Notes: a model not told the origin generated them from the letters alone. A stretch of 64,000 nt of DNA from Eledone cirrhosa (GCA_964016885.1 OZ024742.1:352842001-352906000), one strand, 5' to 3'. Counted from the stretch's first letter, positions 24,961 to 36,830 are shown. Numbers and translations: made by a program.

Positions 24961-27900
24961 TCAGATATTCAGGACGTATCGGAGGGTTCTTGCCGTTCCA
25001 AGCAAGCATGCCTTTTGAAGCGTTCCAAAAAGCGTGAAGGGGCCGATTTTCTTTAACCATCCCTGGAAACCTTTGGAGATAGTCCCCAGTGCGCCTATGA
25101 CAATCGGGATCACTTTGACTTCATGGCAGTTCCAAATCCTTTTCACCTCCCACTTTAGGTCCTGGTATCGGTTAATTTTCTCCCTCTCCTTCTCTTGCAC
25201 TCTCGTGTCGAACGGGCAGGCCACATCCACAATCAGGCACGATCTTTTTTCTTTGTCCACAACCACCAGGTCAGGTCTATTGTGTTCCAGTTTTTTGTCC
25301 GTCTGTATCCTAAAATCCCACAGCACCTTCACCTGACTGTTCTCCATCACCGCCTCTGGCCTATGCTCATACCATTTCTCAAAATGTGGTAGATTGTTTA
25401 CTTTGCACAGGTGCCAGTGGATCACCCTGCCCATCACATCGTGTCTCCAGCCCTTATAGTGGGTCTGGGCTAGGTGTTTACACTCGGACACAATGTGAGC
25501 CACAGTCTCCTCTCTCTCTCCACAGATCCTGCACAGTGGGCTAGCCTCCTCCTTGTAGATATGGTGCTTCAACCACTTCGTTTTGAGGGCCTGCTCCTGC
25601 GCAGCCATTAGCATTCCTTCTGTAGCCTTTTTGAGGTCTCCTCTTCTCAACCAGTTCCATGTCTGTGGATCTCTAAATTCAGTTTTCTCAAAGAAGGTAC
25701 TATGAAGGGATTTTCCCTTAAGGCTGCTCTTCCTCCTTGATGTTATTTCCTCCTTGGATATCCCCTGGCCTACTGTCCCCTCCTTCAGTACAGCTCTGAG
25801 CATTGGCTCCTTACTATAGGTCACGTATTTGTATAGGTTATTTTTCTCCATCTGAACACAGTCCTCTATGCTGATAAGACCTCTTCCACCCTCAGATCTC
25901 CTTAGGTAGAGTCTATCGACATCACTCCTCTTGTGGAACATGTTGTAGATAGTCAATAGCTTCCTAGTCTTCCTATCCATTTCTTTTTGTTCAGCAACAT
26001 TCCATCTCAGAATTCCCGCACTGTACCTAATAATAGACACAGCTCGGGAATTTACTGCGCTTATGGCATTTCTGCTGTTCAGATGTGACTTCAATACGCT
26101 CCTTACTCTCCGAATGTATTCAGTTCTTAACAATTCCTTCATTTTTTTGTTCTTTATGCCATCAGCCTCCAGAACGCCCAAATACTTGTATCCTTCCTCA
26201 GAGTCAATTTCCTTTATCATCTCACCTGTTGGTATCTGGATCCCGTTACTTCTGCTCAACCTACCCCTCCTCATCACAATGACTCCACATTTACCAATAC
26301 CAAAGTGCATACATATATCACTGCTGAAAATACGGACAGTGTCAACAAGCACATCCAACTCCTTCTCACTTTTCCCGAAGAGCTTAAGATCGTCCATGAA
26401 GAGGAGGTGATTGATGGTAAGCTCTCCCCTTCCCAACTTGTATCCTGCTCTCACTTTTCGCAGCATAATGGTCAAGGGCATCAGGGCAAGGACAAACAAC
26501 AGAGGGGACAGGCTATCTCCCTGGAAGATACCTCTCTTGATCTTCACGCTTCCCAAGGATACTCCAGTTGATGTCAACTCTGTCTCCCAGGACCCCATAC
26601 TCCTGCCCAGCAACTGTCTGATGTTATCTGCCACCCTGAAGATCTCCAGGCTTTTGGTGATCCAGGAATGAGGCACCATGTCAAATGCCTTTCTGTAGTC
26701 TATCCATCCCATGGCAAGATCAGTGTGTCTCCTCCTGCAATTCCCCATTACCATCTTATCAATAAGCAACTGGTCCTTTGTACCACGTGACTTCTTTCGG
26801 CATCCTTTCTGTTCGTCCGGCAACAAGTTGTTTGTGTGGAGGTGATGGTAGATTTCCTCAGACACAATGCTCGTCAACAGTTTCCACATTACGGGCAGAC
26901 ATGTGATAGGTCTATAGTTGGTAACATCATTACCCTTGATTCGGTCTTTCATTATCAGAACTGTGGTACCTTTTGTCAACCACTCTGGCACCTCACCCGA
27001 CACCAAGCAGTCATTGAACATGGCCGTCAGCTTCGGGTGGAGGGATGTTAAATGTTTAATCCAATACCCCTGCACACCATCTGGGCCTGGTGATTTCCAG
27101 TTGGTTAGTTTTTTGGCTTGCCCCTTAAGAGTTTCAACTGTGATACTCAAATCAGTCTGTTGCTGTGCCTGCTCACCGATCTCCCTCTGTACTGTCTCAA
27201 TCCACCCTGCCTGGGCATTGTGTCTAACATCCTGCTCCCATATTCCTCTCCAGAATGTTTTAGCTTGTTCCGCCCCAGGGATCAAGTCGTTGCCTCTTTA
27301 TTTCCCCTCAAGCTGTCCAAACAGCATCTTCTGGTTGTTGTCGAACATGCGGTTCTGTTTATACTGACTGACTCTGTTCTCGTATCGCCTGATTTTGGCA
27401 CTCTTTGCTACAATGCGTTGCTTCAATTCCTCTATGATAATATTTAGCTTTTTACTCCTAGTTTTGTATTTTATTTCCAGTCTATTTTTAGTGCCTATGT
27501 TTTTTAGTGTCCCATTCAGTAGTGACTCAAGCTTTCCTATGTCATTTCTCATTTCCTCGATTTGCCCACTCAGTCGCTTCTTCCACCACCGCTCTGCTCT
27601 TTCTTGTCTGTTGTTTCCTCTCGCTTTTATACCAAGTAGTTTCCTCACCGTATTTGCTGTTGCTTTGAGGATATTGTTGCACTGGTGAAGACTCCTCGCC
27701 TCAAGGTATGGGATGACTTTGTTTACCTTAGCTGTTGTTTCTTTTAACTTTTTCCTGTCTACAAATTTTAGGTTCATAGGTCTCCCACTATCATTGTTCA
27801 ACTCATCTACCACTAAATTTAGGATGTCAACCGAATCTTGTCCTAGCCCGTCAGCATTCATCTCCTCAGTGGCCGTATCTCTGTTCCAGGTATTATTTAT

Positions 27901-28353
27901 CTCAGTATTCAGATCATTGTCTGCTTCGGGTGGTTCCTCCGTTCTCAGGACCTCCTCACCTTCATTTCCCGCCGGCTCGCTTGTCTGGCATACTACACCC
28001 GCCATCTCCAAGCCATTCTCTCTGCTCAGTTCCTCCAGTTCCAGCTCGCTTATCCACCCATTAGTTCTTATTACCCGAGCCTGCCCGGCCAATTTTTGTT
28101 CATCTAATTTAAATAAACCAATCTCGTTCCAGATGTTATGCATCCGTCTCCTGTAGCCCCTCTCCTTGGGGTTACTTTTCAGGTAGCATTGCATAACAGT
28201 TCTATTCAATTCTTTCGTCCAGTTGGTTCTGGCCCCTTTCCTTCTTCTTCTTCCTCCAACATCAGCAGTATTTGGTTGACAGTCAGGTTCCTGCTGCTGA
28301 GCCAGGGGGCACCAGTTGGGTGAGAGTCTGTCACATGACGTTCTAGTCTCCAT
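24961..28353 (-). pseudogene. Family B polyprotein (Myb-like, RT, CCHC, RLE; about 1130 codons) interrupted by one in-frame TAA
   Basis: The 351-aa and 774-aa ORFs are in the same frame: GAG GGG AAA TAA AGA GGC AAC GAC TTG (stop at 27298-27300); N-terminal WTKELN..W Myb-like region. Confidence 0.88.
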
Positions 28354-28926
28354 TTCACCGTTATTCGAACTGTTTATGTTCGATATTTAAACACTCTTAT
28401 CGAGGATTGGCGAATGTATGTTTACATAGCCATCTGTGGATCCGCCATCCCACTTGGCCCTTGTGTGGCATTATCACCACGCTGTATACGGACACACATA
28501 AACAAACAAACACACGGGCAGAAAGGGCCCCAAAAATGAATAAGCATAAGTTTCATTGTAATGTAGTATTCGAATGTCTGACTTAGTTTTTGTTTTTTAA
28601 GTTTTACTTTTTCCCCCCTCTTCTCTGTCCGTCCGCCTGCTTCTCTCTTCATTCTTATTTTCTTTACGTTTTTGGGGTGTCTTTTTTTGTTTTTGTTTTT
28701 CTATGTTTGTTTTTCTCGTTTTTTGCTGTTGTTGCTGTGCTGCTTTTGTTGTTTGTTTTTTCTTTTTTCTTTTGAGTCTATCTATATATTTTGATGCCTT
28801 CCTCTTTGTTAGTAGTAGGAATTCTATAATGTGGAAGTGGCAGCCAGCAGAGACTGGCGGCGTTGGCGATACTGAGACAGTGGTGGTGGTGATGTCGATA
28901 CCGAGGCAGTGGTGGCGGTGATGCGA

Positions 28927-29570
28927 CCGTATTACTGTAGTGATGGTGCTGTAGCGGTGGCAGCAGCAGTGAAGGAGTCAAGGGGTGGTGGCGGCGGTGA
29001 TGGGATAGTGGTGGTAATGATGGCCGTAGTGAGCGGTGGCGGTGAAGGTGAAAATGATGTTGTGTTTAGTGTACACAGATGATGGGGTGGGTGGTGTATC
29101 TAGTTTCTGGTGTTGGTGAGTTTCGCTATCCTATATAGTGTAGCCAGAGTAGAGGAGGGGGGGGGGGTTTCTTCTTCTTCCATTTATAGCCATTTTATTT
29201 TTTTTGGATATACAGTGTACAATACAAAGTTGAATATTTGAATATTTGAGCCGTATTACTGTAGTGATGGTGCTGTAGCGGTGGCAGCAGCAGTGAAGGA
29301 GTCAAGGGGTGGTGGCGGCGGTGATGGGATAGTGGTGGTAATGATGGCCGTAGTGAGCGGTGGCGGTGAAGGTGAAAATGCTGTTGTGTTTAGTGTACAC
29401 AGATGATGGGGTGGGTGGTGTATCTAGTTTCTGGTGTTAGTGAGTTTAGCTGTCCTATATAGTGTAGCCAGAGGAGAGGAGGGGGGGGGGTTCTTCTTCT
29501 TCCATTTATAGCCATTTTTTTTTGGATATACAATGTACAATACAAAGTTGAATATTTGAATATTTGAGCC
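28927..29570. repeat. Tandem duplication (about 320-bp unit) within the family B leader
   Basis: CCGTATTACTGTAG starts at 28927 and at 29251; both units end in TATTTGAG. Confidence 0.9.
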
Positions 29571-29912
29571 TTATAACAATATATTTTGGGTCCGACTTTT
29601 TTGGGGGCTCAAGCCGGGTGCTTTACGTAGCATTTGTACTAAGAGTTGTTATTTCACAAATGATTTAAATATGTTAAAAATTCAAAACTTACGGGAGCGA
29701 TTTCATGACCTCCGTCACCTCGTGCGTCTTCTTCCCTTATTCGATAATATTATTATTATTATTATTATTATTTGCATTTATCTTGCTTTATGTTTATACG
29801 AGTTATCACCAAGTCACAACCAGTGACCTCAAGAGACAACAAGGTCCGCCATGTTCAAGAAAGAACACACATATTCACACATGCATCCTTAGTGTTTAGA
29901 CTTGTGATGTAC

Positions 29913-32900
29913 TTATATTGACAGGATCTTCCTTAGTATATGGGCAGTTCCCATTAGTACTATCTTTTGTATTTCTCCTATACGCGGGTTTCCTGGGATT
30001 TGCGATAAGTAGTCGTTAGACCCCTTAGGTATCATTCCCAGAGCGCCTACAACCACTGGTATTGTTTTAGTTCTCAATTTCCACATTTTTCCAATTTCTA
30101 TCTCCAGGTCCTTATACTTGCTCAATTTTTCAAATGTTTTTATAGATACATTCTTGTCTATTGGAACAGACATATCAATTAGCAGGCATACCCTCCTTTG
30201 AAAGTCCTTCAATATTATATCAGGTCTATTTGCATCTATTTTTCGGTCTGTTTGGATGCTAAAGTTCCACAAGATTGAGATGTGATCTTTTTCAAGTATG
30301 GGAGGTGGTTGATGCTCCCACCAATTCTTTTGATGGGGCAGGTCAAAATGCTTACACATTATCCAATGTATGTATTGTGCAGCTCTGTCATGCCTGTTTA
30401 GGTATTCGGTTGGAGCTATGGGACTGCACATTGAAATTACATGGTCAATGGTCTCTGGTTGTTTTTTGCATACACGGCATAGTGGGCTGCACCCATTTTT
30501 TATTATGTTGGCTTGGTAATTTTTTGTTGGCAGACACTGATCTTGTGCGGATATAATCAGTCCTTCAGTCTCCGATTTCAGTCCAGAGGATGCCAACCAC
30601 TGATGGGTTAAAGTTTTGTCAACATCAGGATTGTTAGCTCGCTCTGGGTATTTTCCATACAGAGGCTTTTCTTGCCATTTCTTAGCCAGTTTCTGTAGCA
30701 GTTCTTTCTTTGCAGTTACTTTTACCTGCTTTGCTTTTTCTGTGTTTTCCATTTCAGCAGTAAATGGGACTTCTGAAATTTGTAGTCCATTACTGTATCT
30801 TTGTGCATCTTTTGTAATGGAATATGATCTTTTGGTGCTTTCGTGTTTCAAAACGAGTTTGATCATCCAATCATGTGATTCCCTTAGATATGTGGATAAT
30901 CCAATTGTTGCAGTTTTCAACGCAATGTCTAACTGGATTAACCCACGTCCTCCTTCTTTCCTAGGGAGATATATTCTATCTATGTCTGCCTTAGGGTGAT
31001 GCATTCTGTGCATGGTTAAGAATTTTCGGATTTTTGTATCGAGCCTACGGATCTCTGTGCTTGACCAGTTGATGACATTGTAACTGTAGGTTACTACTGG
31101 TATGGCAAGCGTGTTTATGGCATCGATCCTATTCCTTGCATTCAATTCCGTTCTTAAGATTGCTCTGACTCTGCGGTAACATTCCTTCCTTATCCTTTCC
31201 CTCATTGTCGAGTGCTTGATTCCGTCTCCTTCACAAACACCTAGATATTTGTAAGTTTGTTCTTGATCAAGCTCTCTTATCACGTTCCCCCGATCAAGAT
31301 TAATGTCTGAACTCTTCAGCAGCTTTCCTCTGGTGAACGTTGCTTTGGCGCATTTATCCAGTCCAAACTCCATTTTAATGTCATCACTGAACTGCTTCAC
31401 AGTGGATAATAGCCCTTGCAATTGTTCATCATTTTTTGCAAATAGTTTCAGGTCATCCATGTAGAACAGGTGATTAATGGTTTTGTCATAGACTCTATAT
31501 CCATGTTTTGTTTCATTGAGCATTTTACTTAATGGTATAAGTGCGATGCAGAATAAAAGCGGTGATAAAGAGTCACCCTGAAAAATTCCACAATTAATGT
31601 TAACTTCTCCAGCTTCCAGTGATTTTGTTTCACTATTCAAAAGGAGTGTCGTTCTCCATGTCCTCATACTGAATGACAAAAACCTCCTGACAACGGGGGA
31701 TATTTTGAAAATCTCTAAACATTTTTCAATCCAACTGTGTGGCAAACTATCAAATGCTTTTTTATAATCTATCCAAGCAATCGATAGATTTTTGTGTCTA
31801 TTATGACAATCTTCCAGTATCATTTTGTTAACCAGAAGCTGATCCTTACAGCCATATGAGCCTCGTTTACACCCTTTCTGCTCAATGGGAAATAGGTCAT
31901 TTGTTATCAGGTGGTCATATGTGTATTCAGTTAGGACTGATGTTAAAATTTTATACATTGTGGTCAAGCAGGTTATCGGTCTGTAATTTTTGGGATTGTT
32001 TGTCTCATCATTCTTCGGTAGCAGGAATGTAATGCCGTTGACTAGCCATGATGGTATCTTTTCTGGCTCCTTAACTATTTCATTGTAAAGTTGGGCTAAC
32101 AGCTCATGAGACTCTGTGAAGGCATTTATCCAAAAGTTTTGTATTTTGTCTTTTCCTGGGGATTTCCATTTGCTGGTTTTTCTTAGAGCCAAGCGCAGCT
32201 GTTCAACTGTTATATTTTCCCATGTTTGTTCTTCAAGGTGAGCTGTTTCTTTCATTTGTCTGTCTATCCATGGGGCATGTATGTTATGAACTTTTTCTTC
32301 GGCCCAGATCTTTTCCCAGAATTCTTGCACTTCCTCCTTGGGTGGTATTGATTTAGCAGTTATTGTTGACTTACCAATTTTTCTGTAGAAGTTTCTTTGG
32401 TTGTTTTTGAACATATTATTATCCTTATAGAATCTAGATCGTTTTTCAAAGCGCCTTATACGAGCAGCTTTGGCCGACACTTTTTGCTTGATTGTTTCTA
32501 TCAGCATGTCTATGTCACATGTTGATCTTATACTGTACTTTTTTTTCAATTTTCTAAGTTTAGTTTGTTTAACATGTTCACCTACTTTATAGTTTGTTAA
32601 AATTTCTATGTCAGATCGGAGAAGGTTTATTTGGCGATTGATGTTATCTTGCCAAGTAGATTTCTTGTGGGAATTCCTTTGTTTTTTCATCTTCACTCCA
32701 CATAAGTGAGTGGTGACTTTAGCCGATGCATAATAGAGATGATTTAAGTCAGTAATGTTTATTTTGTTTGTGATGATAATGTTTTTGAGAATTATGTTAG
32801 TCTTGTGTATTATCTTTTGGTTCTGTTTGGAGTTCTGGATCTTAGGGAGGGTGTCTCGTTCCCCCATGTCAGATTCTTTCATTTTCATCCATTCGATCAT

Positions 32901-33563
32901 AATTTCATCCTTCAAGTTGGCAAGTTCATTCTCATTCATTTCTTTATCATTTACGATCTCATTATTTTCATTTAGAGTTTCATCCTGAGCATGCACTCCC
33001 TCCACTTTTTCGCTCCTTTCTTTAATTTGTTCTGTTGCCAGTGATTCCGCCCCAACTCTGGGATTCGAAGTGTTACAGTTTACCTCGTTTTCACTGACAC
33101 ATGCTTCATTTTCCCTTCGCTGACTTTGTGCTACTAGCTTGATCTGATCAATTTCTATATCAGTTAGTAACTTTTTTCTTACAATATTTCTTCGTATATT
33201 GGCTAGTTTGTTACTGTCAATATAGCCTCTGTTTTCGGGATGTTTCTTTTTCCAGTTGATATATGTTTGCTCTGTATTCGATGTATTTGATGGGTAGTAC
33301 ATGGCAGTGTAGAAAGCCTCAAGGACTTCTTTATTATCTTCCCTTGACCATTTTTCTCTCTTTTTCTTTGGATTTCTTGGTGGTGAGCATGGAGGGCCAA
33401 CAGTAGGAGTATTCCGGTTATGGGAGGTCTCCAGCTCCGAAGTGATGGGAAGGTTTGAACCATTAGCTGATTTTTCGACCCCAGTCTGGTTCCTCTCTGA
33501 GGGACGCGGCCCTTTTTTACCCGGGTGACGGCCGATCCGGTATGAGATTTCATCATTAGACAT
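29913..33563 (-). CDS. Dong family A polyprotein, 1216 aa (Myb-like, RT, CCHC, restriction-like endonuclease)
   Basis: Uninterrupted ATG-to-stop frame with KWSRED..W Myb-like region, YMDD, CxxC..H..C and PD..D..K. Confidence 0.95.
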   Translation of the reverse strand: MSNDEISYRIGRHPGKKGPRPSERNQTGVEKSANGSNLPITSELETSHNRNTPTVGPPCSPPRNPKKKREKWSREDNKEVLEAFYTAMYYPSNTSNTEQTYINWKKKHPENRGYIDSNKLANIRRNIVRKKLLTDIEIDQIKLVAQSQRRENEACVSENEVNCNTSNPRVGAESLATEQIKERSEKVEGVHAQDETLNENNEIVNDKEMNENELANLKDEIMIEWMKMKESDMGERDTLPKIQNSKQNQKIIHKTNIILKNIIITNKINITDLNHLYYASAKVTTHLCGVKMKKQRNSHKKSTWQDNINRQINLLRSDIEILTNYKVGEHVKQTKLRKLKKKYSIRSTCDIDMLIETIKQKVSAKAARIRRFEKRSRFYKDNNMFKNNQRNFYRKIGKSTITAKSIPPKEEVQEFWEKIWAEEKVHNIHAPWIDRQMKETAHLEEQTWENITVEQLRLALRKTSKWKSPGKDKIQNFWINAFTESHELLAQLYNEIVKEPEKIPSWLVNGITFLLPKNDETNNPKNYRPITCLTTMYKILTSVLTEYTYDHLITNDLFPIEQKGCKRGSYGCKDQLLVNKMILEDCHNRHKNLSIAWIDYKKAFDSLPHSWIEKCLEIFKISPVVRRFLSFSMRTWRTTLLLNSETKSLEAGEVNINCGIFQGDSLSPLLFCIALIPLSKMLNETKHGYRVYDKTINHLFYMDDLKLFAKNDEQLQGLLSTVKQFSDDIKMEFGLDKCAKATFTRGKLLKSSDINLDRGNVIRELDQEQTYKYLGVCEGDGIKHSTMRERIRKECYRRVRAILRTELNARNRIDAINTLAIPVVTYSYNVINWSSTEIRRLDTKIRKFLTMHRMHHPKADIDRIYLPRKEGGRGLIQLDIALKTATIGLSTYLRESHDWMIKLVLKHESTKRSYSITKDAQRYSNGLQISEVPFTAEMENTEKAKQVKVTAKKELLQKLAKKWQEKPLYGKYPERANNPDVDKTLTHQWLASSGLKSETEGLIISAQDQCLPTKNYQANIIKNGCSPLCRVCKKQPETIDHVISMCSPIAPTEYLNRHDRAAQYIHWIMCKHFDLPHQKNWWEHQPPPILEKDHISILWNFSIQTDRKIDANRPDIILKDFQRRVCLLIDMSVPIDKNVSIKTFEKLSKYKDLEIEIGKMWKLRTKTIPVVVGALGMIPKGSNDYLSQIPGNPRIGEIQKIVLMGTAHILRKILSI

Positions 33564-33815
33564 CTACCTTATTTTGTCGCGTTTTATCCTTAACCGCCAA
33601 GGGGTAATCTTTTCGTGTTACCACTTCTAGAACGAGTGTCAACCAAGACTAGAGGGGTCGTTCTCCCCTAGAGACATGGCTATTCCCCGCCGGCCGCCAT
33701 CCCGGTATTTCTTGGTCACGGGGTTTTCTTTTTGTTGTTTTTTTTAAATTGTTATTATCATGAGTGGTACCTTAATGTGAGCATTGCGTGGCTTAAGAAT
33801 GAAATTATTAATAAT

Positions 33816-33860
33816 TGTCTCCACTCCAGGGACAAGGCCAGCAATCACCCAGTGCATTAC
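33816..33860 (-). mobile_element. 3' stub of the SINE seen at 63.3 kb, inserted in the A leader
   Basis: Aligns with 63300-63344; absent from the other A leader (about 18320); flanked by AATAAT. Confidence 0.7.
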
Positions 33861-34667
33861 AATAATATAATATACTTTTTGTTGTAGTTGGCTGTTATTG
33901 CTGCTGGCTATGTCGGTGGTGGTGCCGGGGCTTTTTATATTGTTGGTGAGGAAGGGGTGAGCCAGCAGTCCCATAATTGTTGATGTAGACGTTTGTCCGT
34001 GGCAAGGTCACCAAGTCAATCTATTTATATCTTTTGCTAGCCTCTCTCTTGTCTAGTGCTACCACCACCTTCCCTTTTCTCTCTCAAGTTAACAGGGGAA
34101 TAGTGTCAGTAGTATTGAATGAGTGGTGGCGGCGATGATGGATGTGGTGGGGAGGTGGCAGCGGTGGTGTTGTGGTTACTGATATAGTATCTATGAGTTT
34201 GTGTTCGTATGTTTAATATATATTTTCATTATATTTTGTGTTGACATATTCCCGTAAAATTTGAATTAAACATTTTTTTAAATTTGAGACAATAATAATA
34301 GTAATTATTATTATGATGCCGGTGAAGTTGCCGTTATATTTAGTGTGATGGGATAGGTAGTGTATCAAGTTTCTGGTGTTGGTGAAATTGAAATTGCCGC
34401 TGTTCTATATAGTGTAGACAGAGGGTGTTTTGTTCCATTTATAACCATTTTCTTTTTTTGAATACAAAATATATAATACAAAATTGAATATTTGAGCGAT
34501 ACAACAATATAATATGGATCCGAAACTTTATGGGACCTCATTCGGTGCCTTTATGCAACATTTGTGCTAAGAATTGTTCTTTCACAATTGATTTAAATAT
34601 GTTAAAAATCAAAAAACTTACGGGAGCAATTTCGTGACGTTCAACCACCTCGTGCGTCTTCTTCCCC

Positions 34668-34670
<3 letters not shown>

Positions 34671-34717
<47 letters not shown>

Positions 34718-35422
34718 GTTATTCCTTGAATCTCAGTCATTGATGTTGGTTAACTGGAAAGTCCGTTGGATTGAATATCAAGCCACTACCTGCAGCCTCA
34801 GATATTCAGGACGTATCGGAGGGTTCTTGCTGTTCCAAGCAAGCATGCCTTTTGAAGCGTTCCAAAAAGCGTGAAGGGGCCGATTTTCTTTAACCATCAC
34901 TGGAAACTTTTGGAGATAGTCCCCAGTGCGCCTATGACAATCGGGATCACTTTGACTTCATGGCAGTTCCAAATCCTTTTCACCTCCCACTTTAGGTCCT
35001 GGTATCGGTTAATTTTCTCCCTCTCCTTTTCTTGCACTCTCGTGTCGAACGGGCAGGCCACATCCACAATCAGGCACGATCTTTTTTCTTTGTCCACAAC
35101 CACCAGGTCAGGTCTATTGTGTTCCAGTTTTTTGTCCGTCTGTATCCTAAAATCCCACAGCACCTTCACCTGATTGTTCTCCATCACCGCCTCTGGCCTA
35201 TGCTCATACCATTTCTCAGAATGTGGTAGATTGTTTACTTTGCACAGGTGCCAGTGGATCACCCTGCCTATCACATCGTGTCTCCAGCCCTTATAGTGGG
35301 TCTGGGCTAGGTGTTTACACTCGGACACAATGTGAGCCACAGTCTCCTCTCTCTCTCCACAGATCCTGCACAGTGGGCTAGCCTCCTCCTTGTAGATATG
35401 GTGCTTCAACCACTTCGTTTTG

Positions 35423-35424
<2 letters not shown>
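34671..35424 (-). mobile_element. R4/Dong family B, short 5'-truncated copy
   Basis: Near-identical to the B 3' end; long (TTA)n on both sides. Confidence 0.92.
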
Positions 35425-35467
<43 letters not shown>

Positions 35468-36720
35468 TTTATTTTTATTTTCTTTCATTATTGTTTCTGA
35501 GATTATTATTATTATTATTGATATTTTTATTTTCTTTCATTATTGTTTCTGAGATATATGTCGAGCGTTTTCCTGACACTAGGGCAAATAAATTCACAGT
35601 GTGCATTCGTAAGCCAGTTAATACAGCACATTGATTATGATAAAAAAAAAAAATAATAATACAGTATACATATATACTCAAGTGCATATGCATATGTAAA
35701 TACAAGGAGGGATATCAGTCTTACACAGATAGTGCTCTTCACAATACGTGTGCAGTACCAGTCAAAACAATGTTTTGCCCCTCGTGCAGAGAGGGTAATC
35801 GAGGAATCATTCGCAAATATTGTTCTGTTCCTTTCTTGATCAGTCCCAGTCCTCCCACAATCAATGGTATTGTAACGGCCTTGAGGTGCCACATTTTCTC
35901 AATTTCAATAAGCAGATCTTTATATTTCCGTAGCTTGTCAAATTCTTTTGCAGCGATATTGTGATCACATGAGATGCTCATATGTATCAACAACAAACCT
36001 TTTTATGTTGATATTTTATAATGATGTCAGGTCTATTTGCTTTTATGGTCCTGTCAGAATATAAAGGAATGTCCCAGATAATTGTTGCATTTTCTCCTTC
36101 AATTACAGCCTCAGGGTGATGATTGTACCACGTGTCTTCAGCTTTGATTTTGTAATGCCGACATATAACCCAGTGTAGATATTGGCCAACTCTGTCATGT
36201 CTATATTCTAAAACTGTACATCCAGAGACTAAGTGATCCACTGTTTCAACGACTGCATTGCAGAATCGGCACTTTGGGTTTATTCCGTTTCTGGTAATTA
36301 CGAGAAAATAAGCTTTAATCAAGGGCAGCTAAGATGAGCACTTCACGCTCCGCCTTGAGCCCTGAACTACGTAGCCACTGATGGGTGTGCTTTTGGTCAA
36401 CATCAACTTGTTTGCTACGGGCCACATATTTGCCATGCAGTGGTTTCTGTTCCCAATTTGATGCTAATTGTCCTTGCCCCTTTGCTTTTGACAGTGATTT
36501 TATGTGCCGAGCAGCTTCAGTTGCAACAGTTTCTTTAGTATGTCCACCCTGGGTATCAAGCATGAGATCAGTAGCTTATTTTCTGCACTCCTTCAAGATA
36601 GAATGAAGCTTCTTACTTCTCTCATGATTTTCAACAAGTTTCAGCATACAGTCGTTAGTTGTTTCCAGGTATTTGGCCAGTCAAATGATGGTGGTCTTGT
36701 AAGCAAGTTCAAAATGGATC
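35425..36720 (-). mobile_element. R4/Dong family C, decayed 3' portion
   Basis: QWLRSSGLK, CRFC..HLVSGC, RHDRVGQYLHW, ANRPD and KYKDL fragments; TAA tail. Confidence 0.82.
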
Positions 36721-36830
36721 AGACGATTGCCTTCTTGAGTTGTAGGTACACCCGGCCGACTAACTCACTCGATATGCAAATTAGGCTGATCAGCCGTTAA
36801 TATGCATAAGGAAAGTATATACTTTCAAAC

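Larger units (their letters stand above)
24853..29740 (-). mobile_element. R4/Dong family B, full-length copy
   Basis: Leader 29740-28354, ORF 28353-24961, 3' UTR and TAA tail; TAA repeats on both sides. Confidence 0.92.
29748..34670 (-). mobile_element. R4/Dong family A, full-length intact copy
   Basis: Leader 34670-33564, intact ORF, 3' UTR, TAA repeats at both ends. Confidence 0.95.

Noticed and set aside
1-36720. Telomeric or rDNA-targeted array
   Set aside because: No TTAGGG repeats or rRNA sequence at any junction; the spacers are TAA repeats
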